The translations under genes were made by a program, and so were the position numbers. A model generated the notes under the pieces. It ran no database searches. It saw nothing but the letters and a program-made list of their open reading frames with translations, and was not told where the DNA came from. Positions 1 through 13,900 of a stretch of 64,000 nucleotides of DNA are shown here, piece by piece. Within the stretch, counting starts at the first letter, position 1, and each line of letters begins with the position of its first letter. Source of the stretch: Amphiscolops sp. MND2022 (lineage: Eukaryota); assembly GCA_964187785.1 (NCBI GenBank), contig OZ076421.1:51212001-51276000 (forward strand). Direction: 5' to 3'.

Positions 1-828
1 GACAACGGCATCAAAATTTTTTCTCTTCAATTTAATTTTCTCCGCCCATCTATATATGATCTCAAAACTGATGAAAAGGATCCATCCTTCCTTTCTACCG
101 CACAAAAAACCACTCATCATTTAACCTATACTCGCTTTTTTCAACACAATAAACCTCAAAATTACATTTTTGCGAACTGTAAATACACCTCACCTCTCAC
201 TATGACAAATTTGTACACCATCGATCACTCAAAGATAACTGGATATCTTCGCAATTATGACCCTATCAAACAATATTTTTGTTTGCTCCCGCATAATGAT
301 ACAGCTCGTCCTCTCATTGTACCTCAAGAATGTCTCATCCATTTTGATGACTTTTTGTTGCCTTGCAACATTCCTACTCAGATTGTCAAACCTTTAACAG
401 TCATCAAACACCTTGTCTCATCACCCTTAGATGACAAAGACATCTCATATTATACAGCTCTCTCGAAACAATCTCATTCATATTATGAACTTTTGTTCAT
501 AGCCGCAAAAACCATCTCTTACATGGTTCAAACTGAACAAACTCACACAGTTCAAACTGAACGAAAACACTGTTATACCAATCAGAAATCTCCTCCAAAA
601 TCTCCTATCAAACATAAAACTAGTGAAAAACTTTCCAACATGTTGAATAATCTCACTCAAATGTTAGATCCTTATAAACGAAACCCGTCAGACTCTCCAC
701 TCACCACTCTCAATTATCTCATACATTGCTATGATAGAACATCTCAACTTCTTCAAACTTTAGATCTCGATTCCCAACGTATAACACAATCCTCACAAGC
801 AATTGAATCTATGAACTTGAATCTATGA
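1..828 (+). CDS. 5'-partial ORF of unknown function (open from window start, 275 codons), probably a retroelement accessory ORF
   Basis: Frame 1 is stop-free from base 1 to TGA 826-828; strongly G-poor strand; no recognisable domain. Confidence 0.4.
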   Translation, partial: DNGIKIFSLQFNFLRPSIYDLKTDEKDPSFLSTAQKTTHHLTYTRFFQHNKPQNYIFANCKYTSPLTMTNLYTIDHSKITGYLRNYDPIKQYFCLLPHNDTARPLIVPQECLIHFDDFLLPCNIPTQIVKPLTVIKHLVSSPLDDKDISYYTALSKQSHSYYELLFIAAKTISYMVQTEQTHTVQTERKHCYTNQKSPPKSPIKHKTSEKLSNMLNNLTQMLDPYKRNPSDSPLTTLNYLIHCYDRTSQLLQTLDLDSQRITQSSQAIESMNLNL

Positions 829-1323
829 ACACTCTTTTCAATACTCTTAATCTTCATTAAATCATCTCAGGTAGTACAAATTTATTTAATTTTCCTACGA
901 TATTGGACACTTTTGGACACTTTTCTCTATTGAACATTTTCAACCCAAACTACAGGTAACATTCCTATTTTACTTTGCAAAATTTTTTTTGTGACGTTAT
1001 GAATGGTACAATACTTTTTCGATACAAAAAGTTTCACCTATTTCACTTCCTAACCTATCTTCTAGCACTCTTTGTCAAAATTTCATTTCGTCTACAATAC
1101 AAAAATGAAAAACATATTATAGCACCAAATTATATAACAGTACAATCACGAAAAACATATTATAGAACCAGATTATTTAACAAAAACTCCTTGCATTTTG
1201 TCTTCAAATCTAAGACTCCCAGTGTTTTAGAAACTTCTATTCTTCTTCCTCCTTCTGGACTTCTTTCAGCCTCTGCAAACTCCAAAAACTTCTACCAAGA
1301 TTTCAGCGCTCGTTTTTCTTCTA

Positions 1324-1866
1324 ATGGCTCCTCAAAGTTCTGCTCCACAAAGTTCTGAAATTAAACAGCTTGTTGACTCTACAACCTCTAAAGTACACAG
1401 TTTGAAAGCTGCCATATTCCACACTATGGCTTACAAAATGTCACTGGAAATTAACAAAGGCAATGTTACTCTTCCTACCCGGCGTTCCTTCCTCAAAGTT
1501 CTTTACAATGTATGTAAAGTCAAGAAAAAACAGATAACTTTCGAGCAATATTATCGCATTCATGATGCAGGCCCAAAAATCGCTGTGTGCGAGACCACTT
1601 CAGAAACAGTTTTTATCTTAATTTCGGCATTTACAACTAAAGACAACTACTTCCAAACTGCACTAGATGACGCCATAGACGCATTCAACGCTACCCTTCT
1701 CGATTTCGGGTATACTCAACAACTACAACGTTATGACCAAGAAACCCATCAAGTGCACCCTACTTCAAAACATCCTTTTTGGCCAACAAAACAAACCAAT
1801 AATAACATAAAACCAACCTCACTTGTTTCACTTCTCTGCAACTTCTTCTTACTTCGATGCTGCTGA
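1324..1866 (+). CDS. 180-aa ORF of unknown function in the same G-poor block
   Basis: ATG start, protein-like composition, same strand and skew as 1-828; overlaps the end of ORF 975-1358. No domain recognised. Confidence 0.35.
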   Translation: MAPQSSAPQSSEIKQLVDSTTSKVHSLKAAIFHTMAYKMSLEINKGNVTLPTRRSFLKVLYNVCKVKKKQITFEQYYRIHDAGPKIAVCETTSETVFILISAFTTKDNYFQTALDDAIDAFNATLLDFGYTQQLQRYDQETHQVHPTSKHPFWPTKQTNNNIKPTSLVSLLCNFFLLRCC

Positions 1867-4430
1867 TTTTCTTTACTGGATTCCTTGAATTCATCAACTT
1901 CAACATGCATCTTTCACTACAAGCTTCTCGACCTCTTCTTCACATCGCCAATCATTAACTTTTCTTCGCTGTTCATCCCGACATCGTCTTTCTTCACTTC
2001 TTTGACTTCGTCAACCATCGCCCATCATCGTCACTTCAACCGTCACCCATCATCACTCTTCAACATCGCCCAGCCTCTAGTTACTTGCAACTTTCAAACG
2101 TCAAACTTTCATTAGTCAAACTCCAGACTTTCATCAACTCAATATTTAACCTTAAATAACCCGTATAACCTCTAGTTAGTTCATAATATACATACCATAC
2201 CCCCCCCGTATAATCTTTATTTCACTATAATTCATTGTAATCGTATAATCAATATTCTAATCTGATGCTATTATATACTCTCATTTAATTAAAATGTAAT
2301 CATTTGATTTATTCATTTTGTGCTTAGTACCCAAATTTCGTTTATATAACTCTATATTGTACTCAATATATTCTTGTTTTTTCTCCTTTTTTCCAGTACA
2401 AGACAACTTCTTTTATAACACACTTTTTACCTTTGAATTTCAACTGAAATTTGAAGTTTGAAGTACTTTCCAAAAAGACTATTCTTAACTTTCTTGAGAA
2501 TGAAATGAACCTTTGCAATTCTTGACTTCTTCACATTTTGTTCACTACCCGCCAATGTTTGTTCACAACTCATTGACAACTTTTAGAAATGTTCTTCAAC
2601 TCGAAAAGTTTTCATACGAATACTCATTTGGAGAACTCATTTTTTAAAGAAAGCCGATGGAGCTTACCACAAGGTTGTCAAACAATAACTTGAACAACAC
2701 TGTCAATCACAGTTTTTTGACTGAAAAACATTGCACCAATATAAACCGTCAAATCACTAAGAAGTTCAAACCGTCTTAGGTTGTTCTCACTCCTTAAGTA
2801 TGGTACTCTAATATAACATGAAACATTTAACACCTTTAGTACAAAACCCAAGTTAAAAACACATACCTTCTAAACATATTGATATCCTTTACTGCTTCAA
2901 AAACCCGGTCGTTTGTGACGTCATGATGCATGACATCAAGAATCCTAATATTTGTAAAAGTATAATTACACTTCGTGACATAATGGCATGACAGATGCCA
3001 TTCTATCTAGAAGTTAATACTTCAATTATTGATATGCTAACATTTCTAATGACTCCATTAGAGAATGTAATCCCTTTAACTTCATCTTATAATGATTTGG
3101 AATCTACTTAATTTTATTATTGATTGGTGTACTAGCTAAATCTATATACTCAGAGTAAATCGAATCTTTTATTCAAACGGTACTCTCATCTTAGAAGAGA
3201 AAGAATTCTGAGATCTCAGCTTAATATCATTCTACTCAGTTCAGTAAAAGAAGAATAGCTAGCTAGACGGTATTCTGTTAAGACTTAGTAAGAACTTCTT
3301 ATGTGGTCAATGAAAGAATTAAAGTCTAACCTAAAACAAGTCTTTAACAGCTCATTTGAATGTCCTACCCTCTGTTCGGCATGGCGCAAACAGAGCACAT
3401 TTGTACATTCCCTAGTCGAGATTGCTTGAACTTTTTACATGCTGCGGTAAAATTGTTGAGGTCCCACTTGTTTCTAAAATTAGAGGTGCTGCTAAGTGGA
3501 AACTTCAAACTTTCGCCACGCAGGTTTATAGCCAAATTAAAGATGCATCCTATAGGCAACTTGATGAGATTAAATTGACTCAGTGAAATTTTATTGCATC
3601 GAAATTTCCTTGAGAGGTTTATAAAATCATGGAAAAATACCTTGGTAACCTACGAAAACTTCAAGCTGAAACTGTGAAACGTTCGAGCAGTTTCAACCAG
3701 ATTTTTCATTTTATCCCTAAACAAATGTTGATTCATCGTTGAAAACAATTAATGCAGAGAAATTGAAAGCATGAAAAAGTGTACCATGTTTTTGGAGCTG
3801 TTACCAAACCTATCAGGAAACCTGTAAAAACATAGAAACAAAACATGTCTCATCAGACAAAGATACTAGAAACAAAGATACCTTATAGGTAGACGTTAAG
3901 AGACGCTCCACAATAGAGTAATGGAAGAGATAACTGGTGACTCTGAAAATTAATTTTTTCTATAAATCAGAATCAAAAAATGAGGTTCACAAAACTTCTT
4001 TTCTTTCATGTAGCCGGCAAAGTAGCTTTTTAGGGAAATATGTGTAAGTGATATATCGCGATTCATGTATAGACTTCTGAGCAAAATGCCGCTTTGCTTC
4101 AATGGCACAATACGCGCGTATTGAGTGGACTGTGCCAACACTTGAATTAGCGCGTAGGAGACAAGTCTAGAAAACGATTGCAATAGGAAATATCCAGCAT
4201 TCAAACGTTTATTATTATTTCTCAGAAAAAAAACGTCCAAGCTCGACTCCAACTTATGTAGCACTCATTCACATTTTCATCTTGTACAAAAGAGTTTTGT
4301 AACAGATGTCAGCTAACGACATATTTTTCCCAAAAACTGCTCACCAAGTGTGAACAAACAGGCTGTGTACCAGTTTCAAGAAAACAAAAAAACTTTTTTT
4401 TTATTATTGAAACATTGTGTGAATTGTCCA

Positions 4431-4470
4431 CATGCTATCATAGAATCATGCTATCATAGTTCATCATGCT
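4431..4470. repeat. Short tandem repeat CATGCTATCAT(AG) x3
   Basis: catgctatcatag / catgctatcatag / catgctatcatg seen directly. Confidence 0.7.
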
Positions 4471-7400
4471 ATCATGATTTCATCCATATGAACAAAAATG
4501 ACCAACGCAAAAACGGAACCGAACTTCTAATACAATTTCGTCTATCGAAAATGAGGCTTAGTTATTTTGGCCAGAATTTTTAACACAATTGAACTGTATG
4601 CATCACAAATAAATACAATTTCTCAGTGAGAAAATTTTTGGACGTTAAAAATATTGCTTTTTCAAGGACATTTTGCTGAGATTTCTCGCAAAACTTTATT
4701 TATGACCGCCAATAATGTGTACAATCTTACCAAGAGTTTCAAGAGGAAAGGTAACAAATGTGACAAATGTGAATGAGCTAAGACTGTCGCTAACAAAGAC
4801 TTCGAGATATTTCGCATTGAAATTTGGCCTAACCAGTGAATTGATGTTCTCAAAAGATATTATGACAAGCCTCAGATATCTGCTGTGATTATGCCTTAGC
4901 TGTATAAAACTCCGAGGTTTTCCCTCTTTTCGATTCAAATACTCATACTTTTAATATCTATATTTGATACTTTATGTTTTGATTACCGTGTATTTGATCA
5001 CTTTTTTGCGTCGTTAGTGAAACACGAGTAGGAGTCACGTTACCGTTGAAAGTGATTTCAAGTGTGGACAAAAAGTTACAATGCAATTAATTTTCATTAA
5101 TGAAAAACAATGATGCCATTATCAAAACCATGGATAGCATCTTTGAAAAATCACAAAGTCTTTGTTTAAAACTCAAAAACCGGTGGTTGATTGAGGGTTG
5201 ATTGAATAATTTCTATCAATGACGGACTTATCGTCTCCGTTGAAACTCTATCAGAACACATGGAATTGATGGACTATGAGTTCATCTAAGATTCATGGAT
5301 GAAAACACTCGAAGGAAAATCTTGGATGGTGCTCACAATTTTAATCAATGAAAAACATCTGGAAACTTTTTTTGAAACAAAAATGAAAATTAAAGCTCTT
5401 GGCGAGCAAAATTTTCTAGATGTGTTCAGGACAACAAACTTAGGACAAGTAGAAATTGTCAAATCAAACGCACAATGCCGAGAAATATACAAAAATGGGA
5501 CCTTCTACATTTTTTGCAATTGGAAACAAGTAAAAAAGAGCTTTTGATGGAAAAGAACTTTTGAACGAAGCTTAGTGCTGAATCCAATGCCAATGGTCGC
5601 GCAGATTGCTTGAAAGTATATAATGGTGGATAGAAAATAAAAAACAACAATAAAGGCTAGATTTGAACTCTCCATTTAGATTCGGCACTTTCAAGTCATT
5701 TTTTTGAGATTACAAAAGGGACAGGGGAGCTGCGACCTTTTTCGTAACCTGTTGCAAGATAAATATTCCAATGGGGCCTTTCTAAAATGAAGAGAATATA
5801 CTATTTCTCAACTGCTGGTATCTAAAAATCCGATGTTGTGATTTTTTCCGAAGAACTGTTTTTCAACAAAAAAGTCGCACAGTATCAAAAACCACCGAAG
5901 TGTGGCCCCTTAGGCTCGAAAAACGCATTGTATAAATAGAAAACATTGAAAAAACTTAATTTTCTCAGATGACTTGTCGAGCAATATTCACTTTCCCGAA
6001 CAAGAATCTTGCGAATGACAGGGCGGAAGACGTTCGAACAGAAAAGCGGTGGACAGGCTCCAGGAAAGACTTTCTCACACACAGAGCGATGGCTCAGCCA
6101 GCTACCTCGGTGTGAAATGTCCCATTCGATAAAGGCATCGGGTTGGCCTAGTACCACTCCTAAAAACTGCAACAAGTTTCAAGCCAGATCTCTGAGCTGG
6201 CTTGGGGAGTGACAATGACAGCGACAGAAAAGGATTGTCAACAGCGTTACAGCAATCTCTTCGATGGGTACCTTGGACTATTGTTACAATGAAAAGCGTC
6301 CAGTCCAACAAGCACGAGACACCTTCGTCTATGCCAATCAGCAATGACAAAACGAGAACGACACGAACTCACATTCTGTCAATGAGACGGGTCAAGAAGT
6401 CATCGGCGTTCAGAGCGGAAGCAAAGGCAGTTGAAATAGGAGAGAGGTCTTTGGCAGTAGGCAAATCTCATGTCCGTGTCCGTTGTAGAAGGAAAATCTT
6501 TTAGCAGTAAAAAATCATCTCGAAGCCGAAAGAGAAAACCTATTTTTATCAAGTCTGAAACTAAAGTACCTGGATTATTGTTGCTAGCAGATTTGCAGAG
6601 TTTGGTCTCAGAAAACATCCTGAGTGAAAAGTGAAAGTATCTTTCTGTCAGTGTTTGAATACAAATCAGATTGGTAAGTCTAAAAAAGTTTACGTCTGAT
6701 TGGTTAATACAGCAGACAAAGAGTATATATGTCGCACGGTGCCTCCTGCGATCTTTGTCTGTCTTCCGGATGATGACAAACAGTAGTTTACCTCTAGAGT
6801 GGTTCCGCAATGTTTGGACCTCCGGCCCACCTGGCTTCAACAAACATATTTTACATATGTCAAATTCTCATGGTGCGGATGCTTTATTTGAAATTTAAGT
6901 TTGACATCGAACAAACGTTGGACAGTAGTTCTACCATGTAAGAGGATTTGAAGTCACTTTGACTAACCCAAAGCATCGCCTCTCTAATTTAGGACTTATA
7001 TAGTTTTGTAAATGACTTTACTTCATGTTTTCAATGTAAAAGCTAATACAGTAAGTAAAATGTGCTATTAATTCGTTGAAAAGAAGTAAACAAACCAATC
7101 AAATAAAGATTACAATGGTGGGTACAAAGCAAAAACAAAGAGAAGAGTTAGATTCGAAGTTTCGAATTGATTTTGACAGTTTCGAGTTAAACTGATGTAA
7201 TTACAAAATGCGCACTGACACTGCAACAATTTTCGTATACTGTTAAAATAGAAATCTTCCATGGATTTTCAAAATGAAAATGATGACTTTATTGTCTCCT
7301 CCATATTGTCTCAAAGCACAAATGGGGAAGCATTCGGTCTTTCATGTACCTTTTCAGGCGTAAAAAAATTTAGTCTAGTGTCAGATTCAAGTCTACGTGC

Positions 7401-9920
7401 AACTCAAAGAATTCACAGTTCATACAAGCCAAGTGAAATGAAGTTTTTGAAATGGGAAAAGGTCCAGAACGTATGGCAGACACTGGTGGAGAAAAAGAGA
7501 ATTGTCAAAAAACAGGATGACATAAGATCGTTAAAATAGTCTGTCTCTTAAAATATCTTTCCAGAATGAACCAGTTGGTGGAAAATTTTGTCCAAATATT
7601 TCATTCTAGTGTTTCTGAATTATTCAGTCGGCACTATTGTGTTCTTTTCTGATTTCGATCTAAAATCCAATATTTGCTGGAGAAAACTAAATTGTTTGCA
7701 TTTCAAGCTGTTGTGAGAACACCTAGAATAGTTTAAATCAGTATCCAATGGTCACAAGAGAAAAAACAGCAAAATCAAAGCGAGGGGGGCGCAAACCGGT
7801 TATAACGAACACCGGATATAACCTTTTTCAACTTTGTGGGCTTTTTTGGAATGTCTCCAAATTTTTCGATGTCTCCAAAGGGATTTTCTTTCAATTTTTT
7901 GATTTTTTGCATCAGGATGGGTGTTAAAAATCCCAATGGTACCCCCTTTCAGATTTTTCGGTACTATGAGACTTTTGAAAACTCAGTAGTTTTTTTTCGA
8001 ACGTCCGACGCGTATTGATATCACTGTGATCTAGTGAACAATCCACAAGCAACAATAAAGCATTAATACTCACAATATTCTACCGTTTGCAGTAGAACTT
8101 CAGGAAATTCTCAAGCATTTGTTAAATCAACCCTCCACAACAAGCTAAAATTTAAGAAACGGAAATAACGGAAGACAATGAGATTGAATTATCGATTAGT
8201 TTGTTCCAGTCTTTTGGAATACATTTAATCGTGCACCACCTCAAAGCGATGTAATCGATTGCCTCAAAATTATATAGATGATTGGACCCTATTACTCCAA
8301 AGTTTCAAATAACAATACATTTCTCTAAAACACGCATACCATGCAAAAATTGGAGCTCTACCGTTTGTAAAAAAAAACAACAAAAAATGTCCGTCATTAT
8401 GCTTTAAAGTTGAAACCTTTTTAAAACAGAGATGGTATAATGAGCACCCCTCAAAAAATCAACCTAAAATGTAGTGCAAATTTTACCCGTTGACTGTCTT
8501 GAAAACTGAAAATATTTTGACTGAGAAACATTTGACAAAAGACAAATAGAACATAAAACCGTTTCTCTTAAACGTTCCATTCCGTTCTTTCAACTTGTTT
8601 ACATGCTTGATTTGGACAATATAAGACTCGAAGAGGTAAAAACAAATTTTACTCAAACACCTTACCGACCAACGCTACAATGTACATGCAAGTGATCCAA
8701 GAATCATATATGAAAACATTTCGTTCATACAATGTTCGTACAGGAAAACATTTGTTTCAGTTATACAATGATCTGAAAATGTTTTTTTTTGTACGGAGAC
8801 ATCTAGCTCCCACATACGGAAACATTGTATGGACTAAATATCATGTTTTTGTAGCCACTATTTTTTCAAAAAACTTCTGGGGTAAAGAGTTTTCTTGTCG
8901 AACGTTTTTACCTTTCTAAGCCACGAAGTCCAAAGAAAATTTGACGAAAAAAGAGCATAAAATCCATTGAAAAATCGGCAATTTTTGAATTTTTTGTAAT
9001 TCGGGTCTCAATTGGCGGCCCTTTTTTATTGCAAAACTGCGTTTATTTCTTCACAAAAACCTGGACAACGAATGTTTTCTTTTTCGGATGTGTTAAACCT
9101 CCTAAGCCACGAAGTCTATCAAAAGTTTGACAAGAGTAGTATAGAAAGTTGAAAAAATGAAAAATTCAGCAATTTTTGCTATTTTTGGGTCCTTCTGGGG
9201 TCTTTGGGTTCAAGCAAAAAAGTCTAAAAAGATCTAGAAATACATACCGCATGAAACTAAGTTTACGTCAGTTCAATTCTATGGGTGAAACCCTTTAAAT
9301 TGGATATAAATTTGGTGCTTGGAAAATTTTGTAAAAAAAACCGTTTGATTCAAATATTTTCCTTTCCCATCTGGAATATGGGCGGAACATAATAATGGTC
9401 GTGGAAAGGAAAAGTAATAGCGAGCCAACGCAGCAGTGGTGGTCAAACGCCTTCTTAGTTACTTAGACTTTTTGCGTTTGTAATTTGACGAACTTTTCGC
9501 ATGCATAAACTGATATTGCACAAGATATTGCACTGATGAAAAAAATCATTGCTCTCTCATTTGGATGATTCGAAAGCTGGAGCTCCACTGTCGATGTCAT
9601 ACTCTGTCTGTCCATGTGAACTCATTTTTTTTTCAAATGATTTTCAAGTTTATGTTCTCGCATTATCGATGTAGCGACATTTTATGCAAACAAGGGGAAG
9701 CTGACATTTTATCTACTGTTGAGTTAGCAGATACCGAGTAGAAAACCCATATCATGAGTCATTTTTGTCATGTTTTAGGTCGGCGCTTTTGGTAGGAAAC
9801 GCAGACTATAGCAGCGACTTTTCTTTTTTTTCTTTTTTTGAAGACCAACAGACCACTGACAGATTTTATAAGCTTTATAAGCTGACTTGCACTAACACTA
9901 ACTGCCACACTACTTCTACT

Positions 9921-10313
9921 GGCACTTGGCATAGAGGTTAATTAGGCTTTTTTGAGGTCTGCCAAGTAGAAGGACGTGGGTTCGAGTCCCGCCCTTGACC
10001 AAAACTTTTTTGTGCAGAATATTTCGGCTTTGTGAGACTTTTTTCGCAAATGTTTTTAATGTCTCAAAAGGGCCCCTCTTTCAATTTTTCTATTTTGCAA
10101 AAGAATGGATGTTCAAAAACTCCCAAAGGGCCACCCTTTTACATTTTTGGCACTATGCGACTCACCCGAGACCAAAAAAATTCGAAAAAATAGTTCGAAA
10201 AAAATTTCGGATTTTTTTCTATTTTTTCCTCATGCGGGGACTTGACACATTGAAGTCCTTTTGCTATTTTTAGCCTTGGATATAGCGCCGACTTTGGCCG
10301 TTCTCGGCTTCTT
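9921..10313 (+). mobile_element. Non-autonomous repeat with a tRNA-like Pol III head (SINE-like) and a conserved 3' end
   Basis: A-box-like TGGCATAGAGG (9927) and B box GGTTCGAGTCC (9979-9989); body and 3' end (GCCTTGGATATAGCGCCGACTTTGGCCGTTCTCGGCTT) match copies at 45690-45975 and 50342-50400. Confidence 0.55.
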
Positions 10314-10719
10314 TCAACTTGTTTTTGCCTCTCTGAACACAAAAATTGTATTCTTTTATACTTCATCCCAAGCGATCTCGACTGCGTGGATTTTGAAAAC
10401 TATCATTTTGTTTCAAATCTGCCGCAAATTGAAGTCGTAAAAAAATTGCATCGAAAGGACGATTAGAGTAGCTGAATTGATCCGAAGACCTAACTTGACT
10501 ACATGTTGTCTCCATTTGGAATGTTGTATTGTTTTGTTTGTACGAAATTTGCGAATTCTGAATTAGGAAAGCGTCAAAGTCTGGCATCAAGGTTTGCTAT
10601 TGTTCTTCTCTCACCTATATAGTTGCCCCAACACTACCATACATGTTCCGCAAGAGTGGAAAGTGATCACTTGATGTAAATAGTATTTTTGGGTAAAATA
10701 GTCAATTACTGTAAATATG

Positions 10720-10786
10720 TCAAAGACTGTAGTAATCCATTAGTGTAGTGGTCACCACTACACTAATGGATTACTACAGTCTTTGA
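10720..10786. repeat. Perfect 67-bp palindrome (33-bp arms, 1-nt loop)
   Basis: TCAAAGACTGTAGTAATCCATTAGTGTAGTGGT-C-ACCACTACACTAATGGATTACTACAGTCTTTGA; arms are exact reverse complements. Confidence 0.95.
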
Positions 10787-10924
10787 AAGTGAAATTTAAT
10801 CAAACTTTGCCTAACGTACACCTTACTAAATTAGCTTGTAAATTTTGACTGTTTTACACCATTTACTAACAACGCATTTTGACTGGAATTCACTGCGTTC
10901 ATATTACACTTTGCTGCAAGGCTC

Positions 10925-13900
10925 ACAAATAAATATCCAGAAATGAGAGTGGCAACAATCTCACTAAAGGACCTAAAGGATAACTGCGAACAAGCCTTCA
11001 TCAAACCGAGAAACAGAACGTTAGAACGTTTCAATTTTTTGCCAGAAAACAAGCGCCAAAGGAAACCCTTCGACAATTTTGGCACACACTCACAGAAATA
11101 GCAGCAAAATGTGCATTCGGAGAACACACCGAAAGTCCGATGATGGACACTTTTATTCAAAACATGAATAACAAAATGTTACAACAAAAACTGTGTACCG
11201 AACCAAAAGACAACCCACAAGAAGCATTCAGATTTGCCGTTGCCTACGAAGAAGGGATTAGCCAACATCAAACATTCGAAAGTGGAAGACGCGAAATTGA
11301 AAATGAGCCAGTGTACGCAGTAACCGAAAGAAAAAACCCGTGCACAAGATGTGGCCTAGATTTTTCACAAACCCACCTAGCACTATGTAGGGAAAAGAAT
11401 GAAAAATGTAGAAACTGTGCAACATTAGGTCATTATGCAAGAATGAGCAAACGCCCCAAAAGCGGTAATGTCAGGGGAAGAGGCAATTTGGGGAAGAGCC
11501 GGAATGCGGAGAATAAACCTGATTGAGCGAGAAGACAACCAATCAGAAGAGAGCAATGAGCAAGATGAAGACAACATGGTGTTATACATTGACGGAAGTG
11601 ACAACCAACCATTCGTAATGAAAGGCAAAATAAATAATCAACCATTCACTACAATGATCGATTCCGGTTCTCCAATCACAATATTCACTCAAGCGGATCT
11701 ACGAAAAGTATTAAAAGTAGACGCAATATTCGCAAGACCCATGCCAAAATCCGAGCAGTATGTCGACTACAACAACAAACCACTCAACCTACTGGGATTT
11801 ACAAACGCAAACGTAAAAGTAGGAAAAAGGACAATCAAAAACGCCTGAATAGTCATTTCAAGAGATGGAAAACGATCCCTCATTGGACGAGATTGGCTGA
11901 ACCAATCAAACTTCAGAGTGGGAGCAGCAAACAGAATTGGTGAGTAACTAGAAACTATTTATCACATTTCTGAAGAACAAAATATTGAAAATTTTAATCA
12001 AAAATTCCCAGAACTACTCAGTAGACAAGGAAAATTAAGGGATACAAAATTAAATGCGAATTAGGAAATGATGCAACAATCACCCAGCAGAAGGGAAGGC
12101 GAATACCACTCAAACTACAAGATGCAGTAGAAGACGAAATAGAAAAACTACTAAAAGAAGACCACATCAGGCGAGTAGACCAGATAAGCGATGAAATATT
12201 CATACAACCTGTGGTGGTGACGGTCAAGAAGGACAAAACTGTCAAGATCGCACTAAATGCCAGAGCCCTGAATAACGCCATCCTGAACGAAAAACATCCA
12301 ATTGCCAAACTTGGACAGTTTAATGGAACAGGTAGCCAAAATAATAAATAGCGAAAAAGAGGGAGAAGTCAGATTCACATCTCTCTACATGATGTACGCA
12401 TATGATCAAACAGAGCCCCATCCAGAAACAGCCCGACACTGTACCTTCAAAATCATAGGTGGCCGAGCAACTGGCACTTATGCATTCAATACCGGATATT
12501 ACGGATTGACTATCATGCCACCCGAATTTCAAAAAATCATGGAGAAACTACTGCACAGAATACGAAATTATTTTGCATTTATTGACGACATTCTAATTGT
12601 TACAAAGAGGACACTGCAACAACACATTGAAAAAGTAAAAGGTCATGAAAACACTAGATGAAGCTGGTATTCGGTTAAAATTAGAAAAGTGCAAAATAGC
12701 ATAAAGAAAAACAGCATGGCTGGGTTAACACCTATCAGCAAGTGGAATAAAACCGATAGATGAGAAAGTACAAGCTATTTCGGACCGACTACGACCAAAA
12801 ACCCTAAAAGAACTACGATCTCTAATGGGAGCATTGAATCAAATGAACCGCTTCATCCCGAACCTTGCAAAACTATGCGCCCCCCTTCGACCATTTCTCA
12901 GCAAAAATATGATATGAAAATGGGAAGACGAACAAAAAACCGCTTTTCAAAAAATCAAAAGAGCGAAAGAAAAAATCACAGAAACAAATTATTTCAAAAA
13001 GAACTAACCTGTACGAATTATCTTGACGCCAGCAAGGAAAGACTCGGGGCCGACCTCCAACATTAGAGCGAAGAAGGTTGGGTAGCAACACACTTTGCAT
13101 CACGATTCTTAACAACCTTTGAACAAAAAAATTCAGTTAATGAATTAGAACACCTAGGAGGAGTGTGGGCTTTTGAATATTTTAGGATCTACGTGTACGG
13201 AATACACTTCGAAATCATTTTAGACCATAAAGCACTGTCATATTGAAAGGAAACCGGGCATATAAATCTTACTCCAGTAGACTTACAAGGTGGGTTGATT
13301 GACTTTTACCATTTCAGTTTACAGTAACACACTCACATGGAAAGACAATCGGGATGGCAGACTACTTTTCCAGATATCCATCGCCCAGCAAAAAAATCAC
13401 CAAATAAAAGCAGAAGAATTATGGAATGACTGGTTTACGGTAAACAAAATTGATAAAAGGAAAGTTGTTTTAGATGAGCAAAACAGAGAGCGAAAGGAAA
13501 ATTAGCCAATCAGAGACGAAACGACAAATGAGAGCGAAAAAACGAAGGCGAAAGATCGGCCGATAGAGAACGTAAACCAACCAATCGAAACGCAGATAAC
13601 AAACGAGGAAAAAACGACAAAAGAGAACAAACGGACGGACAGCGCTGAGAAAGAGGTTTTATGTAAACAAAAGAAGCAAACAATCAAAAGCATAATTGCG
13701 TCAATTAACGTACAAAACAGCATGAGTGGCCAATCAGACTCTGATTCGTGCGAGCAAAGCACAATTGATTTCGCTGAAAAGCCACCATTAAAAACGCTAA
13801 TTTTCTACTCAATTTTTCAAATAGAGATTCTGCAAAATCTAGGGAACTATACGTTCGCCGCCCAATTTGAAGCTGACAATTTCCTTCAAAAAGTCATCGC

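Noticed and set aside
5150-7700. Short ORFs 5299-5547 and 7261-7539 as genes
   Set aside because: Protein-like but short, flanked by in-frame stops, with no motif or splice-compatible partners found.
9921-9994. Functional tRNA gene
   Set aside because: A and B boxes are present, but I could not fold a cloverleaf and a T6 run (Pol III terminator) lies between them; treated as a repeat head.
10366-10670. Penelope GIY-YIG endonuclease remnant (minus-strand CWGNYIGE...LDARL, LAEHVW)
   Set aside because: Motifs are in the wrong order and interrupted by stops; no adjacent Penelope RT.
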